Both the position numbers and the translations under genes were made by a program. Below the pieces are notes generated by a model. It searched no databases, was not told where the DNA came from, and saw only the letters and a list, made by a program, of their open reading frames with translations. From the human T2T-CHM13v2.0 reference genome, Homo sapiens, in the NCBI RefSeq assembly GCF_009914755.1, contig NC_060934.1: a stretch of DNA of 64,000 bases; one strand, given 5' to 3'. Shown here in pieces: positions 41,949 to 56,746 of the stretch (position 1 is the first letter of the stretch; each line of letters opens with the position of its first letter).

Positions 41949-42248
41949 TTTTTTTTTTTTTTTTTTTGAGACGGACTCTCGCTCTATTGCCCAGGCTGGA
42001 GGGTATTGGTACAATCTCGGCTCACTGCAATCTCAGACTCCCGGGTTCAAGTGATTCTCCTGCCTCAGCTTCCTGAGTAGCTGGGATTACAGGCACGCGC
42101 CACCACACCTGGCAAACTTTTGTATTTTTAGTAGAGATTGGGGTTTTACCATGTTGGTCAGGCTGGTCTCCATCTCCTGACCTCATGATTCACCTGTCTC
42201 GGCCTCCCAAAGTGCTGGGATTACAGGCGTCAGCCACCACACCCGGCT
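41949..42248 (-). mobile_element. AluS
   Basis: full dimer with poly-T. Confidence 0.96.
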
Positions 42249-44017
42249 TCACAGGTTTTTAATTACAGAGGATTTAGAGTATATTTTAATATCTTGCAAA
42301 ATTAGTCTGCCCCCATTTATTTTTAAGGGTTTTATTGGATATACTTAGATTTTTTTCTATGTGAATTATGGCATCAACTTGTCTAATTTCATAATAAATC
42401 ATTTTGATATTTTGAATGATATTGTATAATATTTATTAATTAATTTAGGGAGCAGTTATATCTTAATAATATTGAATTATCCTATCCAAGAACAGGGGTT
42501 ATCTTTCATTTGTTGAAGCCTAGCTGTATGTTTAAAAAAAATTTTCAAAATGTTATGATAAGTTTATAAAAAATTTTCTTGAGATAATTGCTAAGTATTT
42601 AATATTTTATGGTACGTTCCTTCCATACCCAGTTTTTTGAGGATTTTTCTTACAAAGTGATGTTGAATTTAATCAAATGCTTTTTCAGCATCAATTGAAG
42701 TGATCATATGGTTTTTTTCCTTCATTCTGTTAATATGATGTATCATAATGATTGATTTGCATATGTTGAAAATGGAACACATTTGTTGCTATTGTAAACA
42801 GTGTTCTCTAATTTATTATTTTTTGTTTCTATATATGTCATTTTAATTTTTTATTTCAATTTTTGTGGATACATAGCAGGCGTATCTGTTTATGGGATAC
42901 ATGAGTTGTTTAATACAGGCATGCAATGCATAATAATTATGTCATGTGAACATTGAACATGGGGTATCCACCACTCAAGAATTTATCCTTTGTGTTACAG
43001 ATAATCCAGTTATACTCTTTTAGTTATTTTAAAATGTACAATTAAATTATTATTGAGTATAGTCACCCTGTTGTACTAACAAATATTAGGTCTTATTCAT
43101 TCTTCTATTCTTTTTTTAAAGCATTAACCATTCCTACTACCACCACACCACTCCTCCAACCTCCAGCCCACACTACCCTTCCCAGCTTCTGGTAACTATA
43201 CTTCTACTCCTATCTCCATGAGTTCAGTTATATTGACTTTTTAGATCCCACAAATAAGTGAGAGCGTGTGACGGTTGACTTTCTGTGCCTGGCTTATTTC
43301 ACTTAGCATAGTGACCTTCAGTTCCATACATGTTGCAAATGACAGGATTTCATTTGTTTTTATGGCTGAATAGTACTCTATTGTGTATAAGCACCATATT
43401 TTCTTTATCCATTCTTCTGTTATGGTCACTTAGATTGTGTCCACATTTTGCTACTGCAAAAAGTGCTGCAACAAACAGCAGTGCAGCTGTCTCTTCGATA
43501 TACAGATTTCCTTTATTTTGGGTATATACCCAGCAGTGGGATTGCTGAATCATTTAGCAGTCCTATTTTTAGTTTTTCAAGGAATCTCCAAACTGTTCTT
43601 CATGTTGGTAGTACTAATTTACACTCCTATCAACAGTGTAAGAGGGTTCCCTTTTTGCCACATCCTCGCCAGCATTTGTTATTGCTTATCTTTTGGATAT
43701 AAGCAATTTTAACTGGGCGAGATAATATTGCATTGTAGTTTTGATTTGCATTCCTCTGATGATCAATGAGATCGAGCACCTTCTCATATGCCTGTTTGCC
43801 AATAGTATGTGTTCTTTTGAAAAATGTCTATTCAAATCATGTGTCCATTTTTAATCGGATTATTAGATTTTTTTCCATACAGTTGTTTAGCTTTGTATAT
43901 ATCGTGGTTATTAATTCCTTGTCAGATGGGTAGTTTTCAAATATTTTCTCCCATTTTGTGGGTTGTGTCTTTGTTGATTGTTTTCTTTGCTTGTGCAGAA
44001 GCTTTTTAACTTGATGC

Positions 44018-44437
44018 TGATAGACGCAGGAGGCAGATAAGGGAGGATCCCCAGAGAATCTCCGATCCACCCCACAAGTGTTTGTATCAGTTGATTTTGT
44101 GCAAATGAGGGAACCTGCCCAGGGTCTTGTCTGGACATGCCCACAATAGACTGGGGGCCTGCCTGTGCACTGGGAGAATGCCCTGGAGCTACCAGAAATA
44201 CACGCCTTATGCAGGTAGGAAGGAGCCTGACCTCTTCAGCTGGTGTGTGTGGTGGCCTGGTACTCAGTCTGTGAGGTAGGAGCTTTTTGACCAATCCCCC
44301 CTTTTTTTTGCTGACAGTTTTCTTTTAATAAATTCTGCTCTCCTCACATTTCCATGTGTCCGCATGCCTAATTTTTTCTGGTCATGTGACAAGAACCTGG
44401 ATTTTGGCTGAACTAAGGGACAAAAAATCCCGCATCA
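44018..44437 (+). mobile_element. ERV1 solo LTR (MER83-like)
   Basis: TG...CA ends, AATAAA near 44327, 4-bp TSD atgc/atgt. Confidence 0.8.
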
Positions 44438-46017
44438 ATGTGATCCTATTCATTTTTCCTTTTGTTGCCTTTGCTTGTCTTTCTGTGCCTGGGTTATTTC
44501 ACTTAGCATAATGATCTTCAGTTCCACCCATGTCGCAAATGACAGGATTTCATTTGTTTTTATGGCTGAAAAATAAGGACTCCATTGTGTGTAAGTACCA
44601 CATTTACTTATACACTCAAGACATTTTTGCCGTGACCAATGTCCTGGGAATTTTTCCCAATGTTTTGTTGTAGTAATTTCATAGTTTGAAGTCTTAGATT
44701 TAAGTCGTTAATCCATTTAGATTTTATTTTTTTACATGGCAAGAGATAGGGATCTAGTTTCATTCTTCTGCATATGGATATCCAGTTTTCTTAGTACCGT
44801 TTATTGAAAAGATTCTCTTTTCCTCAGTGTATGCTTTTGGCACCTTTGTTAAAAAATCAGTTCACTGTAGGTGTGTGGATTTGTTTCTAGGTTCTGTCTG
44901 CTGTTCCATTGGTCTATGTGTCTGTTTCTATGCCAATACTATGCTGTTTGGGTCACTATAGCTCTGTAGTATATATGAAGTCAGGTAGTGAGATTCCTCC
45001 AGTTTTACTCTTTTGGCTTAGGAGAGTTTTAGCTATTTTGGGTCTTTTGTGGTTCCATATAAATATTGGGATCATTTTTTTCTATTTCTGTGAAAATTAT
45101 CATTGATATATTGATAGGGATTGCATTGAGTCTGTAGCTTGCTTTGGGTAGTATGGACATTTTAACAAGATTGATTCTTCCAAACCATAAACATGGAATA
45201 ATATATTTCCATTTCTTTGAGTCCTCTTCAGTTTTGTTGATCACTGTTTTATAGTTTTAATTATAGAGAATTTTCAACTTATCTTGGAATTAAGTTAATT
45301 CCATAATATTTAATTTTATTTGTGGCTACCACAAATGAAATTAATTTTTTATTTCTTTTTCAGATTGTTCACTGTTGACATATAGAAATACTACTGTTTC
45401 CTGTATGTTGATTTTGTATTTTGCTACTTTACTGAATTTATTTATCAGTTTTAATAGTTTTTTGATGGAGTCTTTAGTTTTTACAAATGTAAGATCATAT
45501 CACTTGCCAACAAGGAGAATTTTAATTCTTCCTTTCTAATTCGGATGCAATTTATTTATTTCTCTTATTTGATTGCTCTAGCTAGGACTTCCACATTCTG
45601 TTGAGTAACAGTGGTAATATTAGGCATCCTTGTTGTGTTCCAGATCTTAGAGGAAAGGCTTTCCATTTTTCCTCATTCAGCATGAAACCAGCTTTTGGTC
45701 TGTCATATCTGGATGTTGTTATGCTGAGGTATGTTTCTTCCATACCCAGTTTTTTGAGGATTCTTATTATAAAGTGATATTGAATTTAATCAAATGCCTT
45801 TTTAGCATCAATTGAAATTATCATGTTTTTTGTCCTTCATTCTGTTGCTACGATGTATCACAATGATTGATTTCCCTATGTTGAACCATCTTTGCATCCA
45901 AGAGAGAAATCCCACTTGTTCATGATGAGTAATCTTCTTAATATATTGTTGAATTTGGTTTGCTAGTATTTCATTGATGATTTTACATCAAAATCCATCA
46001 GAAATATTGGCTTGTAG

Positions 46018-46195
46018 TCTTTCTTTTTTTCTTTCTCTTTCTTTCCTTCTTTCTTTCTCTTTCTTTCTCTCTTTCTTTTTCCTTCTGTCTTTTTCTTTCT
46101 CTTTCTCTTTTTTCTTTCTTCTTTCTTTTACTACTACTCTTCTTCTTCTTCCTCTTCTTCTTCTTCTTCTTATTCATCTTCCTCTTCTTCTTTTG
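46018..46195. repeat. Compound polypyrimidine microsatellite (CTTT)n-(CTA)n-(CTT)n
   Basis: direct. Confidence 0.95.
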
Positions 46196-47656
46196 ATGTG
46201 TCTTTGTCTGGTTTTAGTATAGGATAATACTAGCCTTGTAGAATGATTTTGGTGGCATTCCCTCTTCCTCTGCTTTTTGAAACAATCTGAATAGGATTGC
46301 TATTTGTTTCTCCTTAAATGTTTCTTAGAAGTCAGCAGTGAAGCCATTAGGCCCCAGACTTTATTTTACTGGGAGACGTTTTATTATGGCTTCAATCTTG
46401 TTATGTGTTGTTGGTCTGTTGAGGTTTTAAATTCCTGTATTGTTCAGTCTTGGCAGGTTATATGTACCTAGGAATTTGTCCATTTCTTCTAGAGTTTCCA
46501 ATTTATTGGCATAAAGTTTCTCATAGTAGCAACTAATGATTTTTTAAATTTCTTCACTATTACTTGTAATATTAATTGTAATTACTAGTTGTAATGTCTC
46601 CTTTTTCATCTGTAATTTTTATTTATTTGGGTTTTCTCTCTGTTTTTCTTAATTAGTCTGGCTAAAGTTTTCTCAGTTTTTTTTAATCTTTTCAAAAATC
46701 CAACTTTTCATTTCATTAATCTTTTCTATTGCTTTCTTTATTTCAAATGTATTTATTTCTTCTCTGATCTGTATTATTTCTTTTCTTCTATTAATAGGGG
46801 GTTTAGTTTGCTCTTACTTCACTAGTTCATTAAGATGGAACACTAGGTTGTTTATTTGAAGCTTTTCTTCTTTTTTGACATAGGTTCTTACAGCTATTAA
46901 CTTCCCTATTAGTACTGCTTTCACTGTATCCCATAGATTTTGGTATGTTGTCTTCCAACTTTTGTTTCAAGAAACTTTTCAATTTCTTTCTTAATTTTGT
47001 CATTAACCTACTGGTCATTAAAGAGTATCTTGCTTTGTTTTCATGTGTTTGTGTAGTTTCCCAAATTCCTCTTGATATTGTTTTATAGTTTTATGCCATT
47101 GTGGTGAGAGAAGATGCTTGATATTATTTCAATTTTTTTGAAAGTTTTAAGGCATTTTGTTAACTAAAATGTGGTCTATCTTTGAGAATGATCCATGTGC
47201 TGAGGAAAAGAGTATGTGTTCTTCCACCGTTAGATGAAGTGTTCTGTAAATATATATTAGGTCCATTTGGCCTATAGTGCAGAGTAAGTCCAATATTCTT
47301 TGTTGGTTTTATGTCTGCAAGATCTATCCAATGCTGAAAGTGAGATATTGAAGTCTCTAGCTATTATTATATGGAGGCTGATCTCTCTCTTTAGCTCTAA
47401 CAATATTTGCTTATATATCTGGGTGATCTAGTGTTGGGTGCAATTACACGTAAAATTGTTAAACTCTTTTGCTGAATTAACCCCTTTATTGTTATATAGT
47501 GACCTTCCTCATCTCTTCTTATAGTTTTTGTCTTGAAATCAATTTTGTCTAATATAAGTATAGCTACTCCCGCTGTTCTTTGTTTTTCATTGGCATAGAA
47601 TATCTTTTCCATCCTTTTGTTTTTAGTCTATGTGTGTCTTTATAGGTAAAGTGTGC

Positions 47657-47965
47657 TTTTTTGTTTGTTTGTTTGTTTGTTTTTTGAGACAGACTTTTGC
47701 TCTGTCACCCAGGCTGGAGTGAAGTAGCGTGATCCCTGCTCACTCCAACTTCCACCTCCGGGTTCAAGTGATTCTTCTGCCTCAGCCTCCTGAGTAGCTG
47801 GGATTACAGGCACACGCCACCACACCCAGCTTATTTTGTATTTTTAGTATAGATGGGGTTTCACCATATTGGCCATAGTTGGTCTTGAACTCCTGACCTC
47901 AGGAGATCCACCCACCTCAGCCTCCCAAAGAACTGGGATTACAGGCATCAGCCACCATGCTGGCC
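47657..47965 (-). mobile_element. AluS with (GTTT)n tail
   Basis: dimer; flanked by 'taaagtgtg(c/t)tt' TSD. Confidence 0.95.
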
Positions 47966-48958
47966 TAAAGTGTGTTTCTTACAGGCAACAGTTCATTGGG
48001 TCATTTTTATAAAATCCAGTCAGCCACTCTATGCCTTTTTATTGAAAAATTTAATCAATTTACATTCAATGTTATATTGTTAAGTAAGGGCTTACTTCTG
48101 CCATGTTGTTATTTGTTTTCTTTTCTTTTTTTTTTTTTTTTTGCTCTCTTCTTCCTTCTTTCCTTCTTGCCTTCCTTTTAGTGGAGGTGACTTTCTCTGG
48201 TGATGTGATTTAGTTTCTTGATTTTTATTGTTTGTGTATTTGTTGTATGTTTTTTGGTTTGAGGTTACCATGAGCCTTTGGGTTGAGGTTACTCTAACCT
48301 TTTTGTACTTGTATATTGATAACTTTCTCCAGGCATGGAAAATTCTCTGTTATTATCCCTTTGAATAAAACTTCCACCCCTATCTCTTTCTCTACCTCCT
48401 TGATAAGGCTAATAACTCTTAGATTTGCCCTTTTGAGGCTATTTTCTAGATCCTGTAGGTGTGCTGTATTGATTTTATTCTTCTCAATTTTTCTTCTCTG
48501 ACTGTGTATTTTCAAGTAGCCTGTCTTCACGCTCACTAATTCTTTCTTCTGCTTGATGAATTCTGTTGTTAAAAGACTGATGCATTCTTCAGTATGTCAA
48601 TTGCATTTTTCAGCTTGAGTATCTGCTTGATTCTTTTCATTTATTTCAATGTCTTTGTTAAATTTGTCTGATAAAATGCTTTCTTCTCTGTGTTATCTTG
48701 CAGTTCTTTGATTTTCCTCAAAACAGTGACTTCTGAATTCTCTATCTGAAAGGTCACATATCTCTGTTTCTTCAGGATTGGTCCCTGGTACCTAATTTAG
48801 TTCATTTGCTGAGGTCATGTTTTCCTGAATGGCCTTTACACTTGTTGATATACATGTGTGCCTGTGAAGTGAGGAGTGAGGTATTTATTGTTGTCCTCTC
48901 AGTTTGGGCTTATTTGTACCTGTCCTTCTTGGGAAGTCTTTCCAGATATTTGACATGA

Positions 48959-49477
<519 letters not shown>

Positions 49478-51867
49478 TAGCCACTAGAGCTGTGGTGGAG
49501 TGACACAAGCATTCCTACGGACACCACAACTCATATCGTGCTAAGTCAGACCTGAAGTCTGCACAGCACAGTGTTTTACCCAAAACCTGCTTTAACAACT
49601 CCCTGGCTGTCACCTATGTTTGCTGTAGGCCCTAGGGCTCTGCAATCAGTAGATGGTGAAGCCAGCCAGGCCTGTGTCCTTCTTTTCAGGGCAATGTGTA
49701 CCCAGAGTCTGGCCATATCCAGAGGTGCCATCTGGGAGCCAGAGACTAAAGTCAAAAACCTAAATACTCTACCTGGTGTTCTATTGTACTGCAGTTGAGC
49801 TGGCACTCACACTGCAAGGTGCAATCCTTCTCATCCTTCCCTCCTTTTTTGAAGGCAGAGGAGACTCATCTTGTGGCCACCACCACCACAGGCCCTTGAG
49901 AAGTACTACCAGTCTCCCGTCAATATTTCATTAAGACTCAATGGCTCTTCAGTGAGCTTGTGGTGAATACTGCCTGGCTGGGTCTCAACTTTCAGGTTTG
50001 TGGGCTCCTGTCTGGCTCAGAGCAGGTCCAGAAATGCCATCAAAGAACCAAGTCCTGGAATTGGGGATCCCAAGAGCCCACTTAATGTTTTACAACCCTA
50101 TGTCCAAGCTGGTATCTAAGGTACAAGACAGAGTACTCTTTACTTTTTCCTTCATTTTTCTCAAGTGGAAGAAGTCTTGCCTCATTGACACCACAGCTGG
50201 GAATTTGCTGAGTCTTATGTCAAGCCAGCAAGTCTCTTAGAGTCTCACCTAAGGCCCTTGAGGTATTAGGTGGTTATTGCTGCTAGTGATTCAGGGCTCA
50301 AGGGCTCTTCAGTTAGCTGGTGATGAATCCTGCCAGAACTGGGTTTTTTTCTTCAAGGCAGCAGCTTCTCTTCTGGTCAAGAACATGTCCCAAAATGTTG
50401 CCCAGGAGCCAGGGCTTGGACAGGGTGACTCATGACTTTGACTGGTGCCCTATCTTGCTGTGGCTGAGCTGGTATCCAAGATGCAAGACAAAGTCCTCCC
50501 CATTCTTTCCTGTCATCTCCTTGAGAGGAGCTACCTGTTGTGAAGCCTGGGGCTGTGAAAGGGTGATGCCAGCATTATCTTAGCTGCTCCAGCTAGTGGC
50601 TCAGTAAGCTGTTTGCCTTCCCAGTTTAATGGCTCTCGGCCCAGTTTAGCACTAGGACTTGCCTAAGAGTTGCAGTCTTTTGGCCTAGACTGTCTTCCAA
50701 ATTAATTTAGAGTCCCAGAGCACTTTAGAAAATAGTGGGGAGGCTTGGTGTGGACCACTATGATGACTATTCCCCTCTGGCTAGGGATGATTCAAATTCT
50801 GCCTCCATGGGCAGGCATCAGCTAAGTTTGGTTTAGTTTTGTTTTCTTCTATAACAGGGCAGTCCTGAGTTCACTGCCTCACATTTACTGTGCTCTCCCT
50901 CTCCCCAGCACACTGTCTGCACCATGCTGTTGGGGTATGAGGAAGGGTTAGCATTGGCAATTTAAGACTGTTTATTTTTCTACCTATCACTGCCCATTTC
51001 AGTGATATAAAATTAAAACCAGGTACCGTGAGTATTTACCTGGTTTTTGGTTCAAATGAGGTACTTTTTGGTGTGGACAGTTGTTAAATTGGTGTGCTTG
51101 CCAGTGGAACAATCAGTGGGGAGCCTTCTATTCCTCCATCTTGCTCCACCCTTCCTCCCATGAATGTACTTTTGAAACAGATATATCGAGCTATACTTTA
51201 TATAACATAAAATTTTCCCCCTTAAAATGCATAGTTCAGTGTTTTTTGTATATTGACAGATATATGTGACTACTGCCACAATTTTAAAACACTTTCATCA
51301 TCTCCAGAAAAAGCTTATATTTTTAAACTATTTCCCCTAACCCTTAGATCTCCTATTCAGCTCTAAGAAATTAATCTACTTTCTATCTCTATAAATTTCT
51401 CTATTGTAAACTTTCAAATTAATAAAATCATATATGTGAAATTTTGTAACTGTATACTTTCACTTAGCATGATGCTTTAAAAATGCATTCATGTTATAGC
51501 ATGTATCAGTATTTCATTTTTATGACCAAACAATATTCCATTGTATAGATATATATACCATGGTTTGTTTATCCATTTTTCCAGGGATGAACAATTGAAT
51601 TTTTTCCACTTTTAGGCTATCATGAATTATATTACTATCAACATTTGTGGACAAGTTTTTGTGTGGACATATATTTTCAGTTATCTTGGTCATTTGTATA
51701 TTTTCTTTGGAAAAAATATATTAAAAGCTTTTGTGTATTTTTAAATTAGTTTATTTGTATTTTTATCATTGAGTTGTAAGTGTTCTTTATGTATTCTAGA
51801 AACAAGTCCTTCACCAGATACATAACTGCAAAGACATTTCATTCTGTGAGTTGTCTTCACATTATTC

Positions 51868-52035
51868 TTGTTTTGTTTTGTTTTCTGTTCAGAGACAGGG
51901 TCTTCCTCTGTCACCCAGGCTGGTATGCAGTGGCTGGATCATGGCTCACTGCAGCCTTAAACTCCTGGCCTCAACCAAGCCTCCCACCTCAGTCATCTGA
52001 GTCACTTGGATTTCAAGCATGAGAGACAGTGCCCA
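51868..52035 (-). mobile_element. Old Alu monomer or half AluJ (FRAM/FAM-like)
   Basis: 'gagacagggtcttcctctgtcacccaggctgg...gctcactgcagccttaaactcctgg'. Confidence 0.85.
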
Positions 52036-53564
52036 TCTCTCTTTTCACTGTCTTGATGATGTGCTTTGCAGCACAGAAGTTTTTAATTTTTAAAAAAATC
52101 CAATTAGGCTATTTTTTATTTTATTGTTTGGGCATATTGGATTACATTGAATAATTCTTTGCCAAATACAAGGTTATGGAGGTTTACCCATATGCTTTTT
52201 AAAAATAGTTTTAGCTCTGATATTTGGATATTTAAATTATCTTGAGTTAATTTTTGTATGTGGCATAAGTTATGGGTTTATATTAATTTTTTTTGCATGT
52301 GAGCATCCAGTTTTCCTAGCATTATTTTTTGAAAAAAAAACAGATTTCTTATGGTCTTGACTTATATTTACATGAATATGGTTTATAATCTGTATATATA
52401 AAGAAATTAAATAAAAACTAATTAATTTATATTTTCTATTCTGTTTCTGTGGAGAGCACTGACTAAAACAAGTTGTATTCCTAGTTTTTTTGTGGTTTTA
52501 TCATGAAAAAGTAAGGGTGTTGGAGTTTATGAGACTTTTTTTCTTTACCTATTGATACTATCATGCAATTTTGGCTTGTTAGTCTGTTGATAAGATGTAT
52601 TACATTAATTAATTTTCAGATGTTACACCAAGCTTGCATCCCTGGGTTAAGTCCTACTTGTCTATGTTATATTGTTCTTTTTGTATGTTACTGGATTTGG
52701 TTTGGTAGTGCTTTGTGTTTGTTTTGAGGAATTCTGCATATATATTTATAAGAAATATTGGCCTGTAGTTTGCTTTTCTTATATGACACATATGATGCCT
52801 CTGTCTGGTTTTGGTATCAGATTAATATTGGCCTTATAGAATGAATTGAGAAGTGCCTTCTTCAATATTTCTGGAAAAGTTGGTAAAGAATTGGTATTAC
52901 TTTCTTTTCGAATGTTTGGTAGAATTAAGCAATGAAGGCTTTTGTGTTTGAAATTTTATTCATAGTCATTGGATCACTGATTCAATTTCTTCTTTTGTTA
53001 TAGGTTTATTCAGATTGTCTGTCTACTTGAATCAATTTGGGTAGAGTGTGTCTTTTAGGAATGTATCTATTTCATCTAAGTTATCTAATGTGTTGGTATA
53101 CAGTTGTTCATAGTGTTTATAATCCTTTCTATTTCTATAAAGTCTGGAGTACTGTCTCCTCTTTCATTTTCTTATTGTATTAATTTGCATCTTCTATCTT
53201 GTTTTCCTTGGTCACATAGGTAAAGCCTTGTTAATTTGGTCAACCTTTTCCAAAAACCACCTTTTGGTTTTATATATTTTATCTATTCTTTTTTTATTCC
53301 CTAGTTCATTAATATCCACTCTAATGTTTATTAATTTTCTTCATTCTTTCTGCTTAAGGTTTAGTTTGCCATGTTTTACTACTGTCTAAGGTGGAAAGTT
53401 AGCTTATTGATTTCAGATTTTTTTTCTTTTTCAGCTCTTTTTAACTTTTTAAGGCTATTGAAGCTATACACTTAACCCTCAGCACTGCTTTAGCAATATC
53501 CCATAAATTCTGATGTCATGTCTTTTTACTCTTTCAAAATTTTTTTTTATTTTCCTTTTTATAG

Positions 53565-53888
53565 TTTATTTTATTTTATTTTATTTATTTTATTTATTTA
53601 TTTTTTTGAGATGGAGTCTCGCGTTGTCGCCCAGGGTGGAGTGCAATGATGTGATCTCAGCTCACTGCAACCAACGCCTCCAAGGTTCAAGCGATTTTCC
53701 TGCCTCAGCCTCCTAAGTAGCTGGGATTACAGGTGCCTGCCAACATGCCTGGCTAATTTTTTGTATTTTTAGTACAGACAGGGTTTCACTATGTTGATCA
53801 GGCTGGTCTCAAACTCCTGACTTCATGATCCTCCCTCCTCGGCCTCCAAAAGTGCTGGGATTACAGGCATGAGCCACCGCACCCAGCC
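53565..53888 (-). mobile_element. AluS with (TTTA)n tail
   Basis: full dimer. Confidence 0.95.
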
Positions 53889-56708
53889 TTGATTTTGTTT
53901 TTTGATCTGTTAGTTATCCAGGAGTGTTTTGTTTAATTCCCACATATTTGTAAACTTCCCAAATTTGTCTTGCTATTGATTTCTAACTTCATGCTACGGT
54001 AGCTGAAGTACATATTTTAACTATTTCAATTCTTTACATTTATTAAGATTTGTTTTATGTCATAGCATATGATCTATTATAAAGAATGTTCTCTGTGTGT
54101 GTGGGGGAAGAATTTATATTCTGTTGTTTATTTAGGATGGAGTGTTCTTTTGATGTCTAGTAGGTCTAGATAGTTTATAGTGTGGCTTAAGTCTATTTTG
54201 TTGTTAATCTCCTGTCTAGTTGTTACTTTGTCATTGAAAGTAGAATACTGATGCATCAGCCTATTATTGTTGAATTGTCTGTTTCTTCCTTCATTTCTGT
54301 CTTCTTTGTTGCATATATTTTGGTGTTACATTATTGATTGCATACATATTTATAGTTATTATATTTTCCTAATGAATTAAACTTTTAATTGTTATAAAAT
54401 CTCTCTCTTTATCTCTAGTAAACATTTTTTGTCCAAATTTACTTTATTGGATGTTAGTATAGCTAATCTACATTTACTGTGATCTGTGATTACTATTGCC
54501 TGGAATATCTTTTTTCATTCTTTTATTTTCAACCTATTTTATTTGAATCTAAAGTTTGTCTAAATTTGTCTAAATTTGAATCTAAAGTTTGTCTAAATCT
54601 AAATTTGTCTTTGAATCTAAAGTTTGTCTCCTGTAGACAACATTTAGTTATGTCCTGTTTTTAACCAACCTGACAATCTGTGGGTTTTTTTTTTTTGCTT
54701 GTTTATTCACATTTAATGCTACTATTGATGTGGTTAAATTTGCATCCCCCATTTTTCTTTTCTGTTTTCCATATGTCTATGTCTGTTTTTCTTCTTTTCT
54801 TCATTTGCTGCTTTCTTTTTGATTGAGTAAATGTTTTATAACATAAAATTTTATTTTATTAGTAAATTTTTCACAGTATTTTTAAGTTATTTTGAGAGTA
54901 GGTTCTCTAGGGTTTACCATATACACTTATCAAAATTAGCTTCAGATTCATGCTATCCTAATTCCAGTAATATATAGAAACATTATTTCTATGTAGCTCC
55001 ATTTCTTTTTACCCTCCTTTTGGGGTATTATTGTTCTACTTACTACATCTATTAATTTTACAAACCAAACAATACATTTTCATAATTATTATATTATAAT
55101 CTGTCGTTATTACGTTAGCCCATTATGGCTTTGCTCCAGCCCACCTTCTTTGTGCCATTATTCACAAACATATTACATATACATTACATTTGTATGTGTT
55201 ATGAGCCTAAAAATCCATTATAAACATGATTCTATTCAATTGCTAATTCTGTTAGTTAATAAAAGAAAGAAAAGGATCTGTATTAATAGTATATATTATA
55301 GTTATGTAAGTACCTTTATCAATGCTTTTGCTGTTTATATGAATTCAAGTGACCATTTGTAGTTACTTGCTTTCAGCCTGAAGAACTTCCTTTACTACTT
55401 CTTGTAAGATATGTCTATTAGCAACATATTCTGTCAGTTTTATTCATTTGGGAACACCTTTATCATACCTTTATTTTTGAACAATACTTTGCTTGATATA
55501 GGGTTCTTCACTGATATTTTTTCTTTGAGAATTTTGAATAGGTTATCTGATTTTCTTTGGGCATCCTCTGTTTTTACTGAGAAGACAGCCATTAGTTTTA
55601 CTGGAGATCTCTTGTGAGAAACATTTTCTCTTGTTGTTTCAGATTGCTATCTGTAAAACTTTGAGTATTTTTACTATGGTGTGTCTGTGGGACTCTGTGT
55701 GCTTATCCTACTTGGAGTTTGTTGAAATATCTAAATTTGTTTATATTATTTATATTATTTATTAAATATGTAAATTTATTGTTTTTTCAATAAATTGGGG
55801 AACTTTTCAGCTAGCCTATCTTTGAATAACTTTTTTTTCTTTCCATTCCTCTGATATTCATATTATGTGTATGTTGGTGTGCTTAACGTTGTCCATATTT
55901 CCCATATTTCTCTGAGGCTGTCTTTATTTCCTTCATTATTTTTTCTCCTTGTTCTCAACTCACATAACCTTTATCATTCTATCTTCAGGTTTGCTAATTT
56001 TTACTTTTGCTAGTTCTTATCTATTATTGAGCCATTCTAATGTATTTTTATAATTTCAGTTATTGTAATTTTTCTTTTTGAGAGATTGTTTATTCTTGTG
56101 TATTTTTTTAATTTTTATTTTTTAACTTGTAAATTGACAGAATATAGTTGTATTTTTTCTGGGGTAAAAAAGAATTTTATGATTTATAAATATAATATGG
56201 AATAATTACATCAAGCTAATTAAAATATCCACCTTTTTAAAATACTTCTTTTTGTGGTAAAAACATTTAAAATTTATTCTCTTAGATATTTTGAAGTGTA
56301 CAATACACCATTATTTACTATACTCACCATACTATGTAACAGATCTTGGAGTAAAAAATAATAATAAAATTTATTCCTTCTGTTTGATTGAGATCTTATA
56401 CACTTTGACCATCATCTCCATACCCGTGGCTTCTGGTCATCTCCATTATATTCTCTCCTCCTTTTAGTTTGATGCTTGAGATTTCACATATCAGTGAGAA
56501 TATGGATCTTTCTGTGCTTGTCTTATTTCATTTAGCACAATATTCTCCAATTCCATGAAGGTTGTCACAAAAGACAACATTTCTTTCTTTTCTAAGGCTA
56601 AATAATATCTCATTGTGTATTTTTACCATCTTTTCTTTATCCATTTTTCTGTTGATGGACACTTCAGTTTATTCCATAACTTGGCCATTGTGATGTTCAG
56701 TATATATT

Positions 56709-56712
<4 letters not shown>

Positions 56713-56743
<31 letters not shown>
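56713..56743. repeat. (TG)n microsatellite
   Basis: direct. Confidence 0.97.
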
Positions 56744-56746
<3 letters not shown>

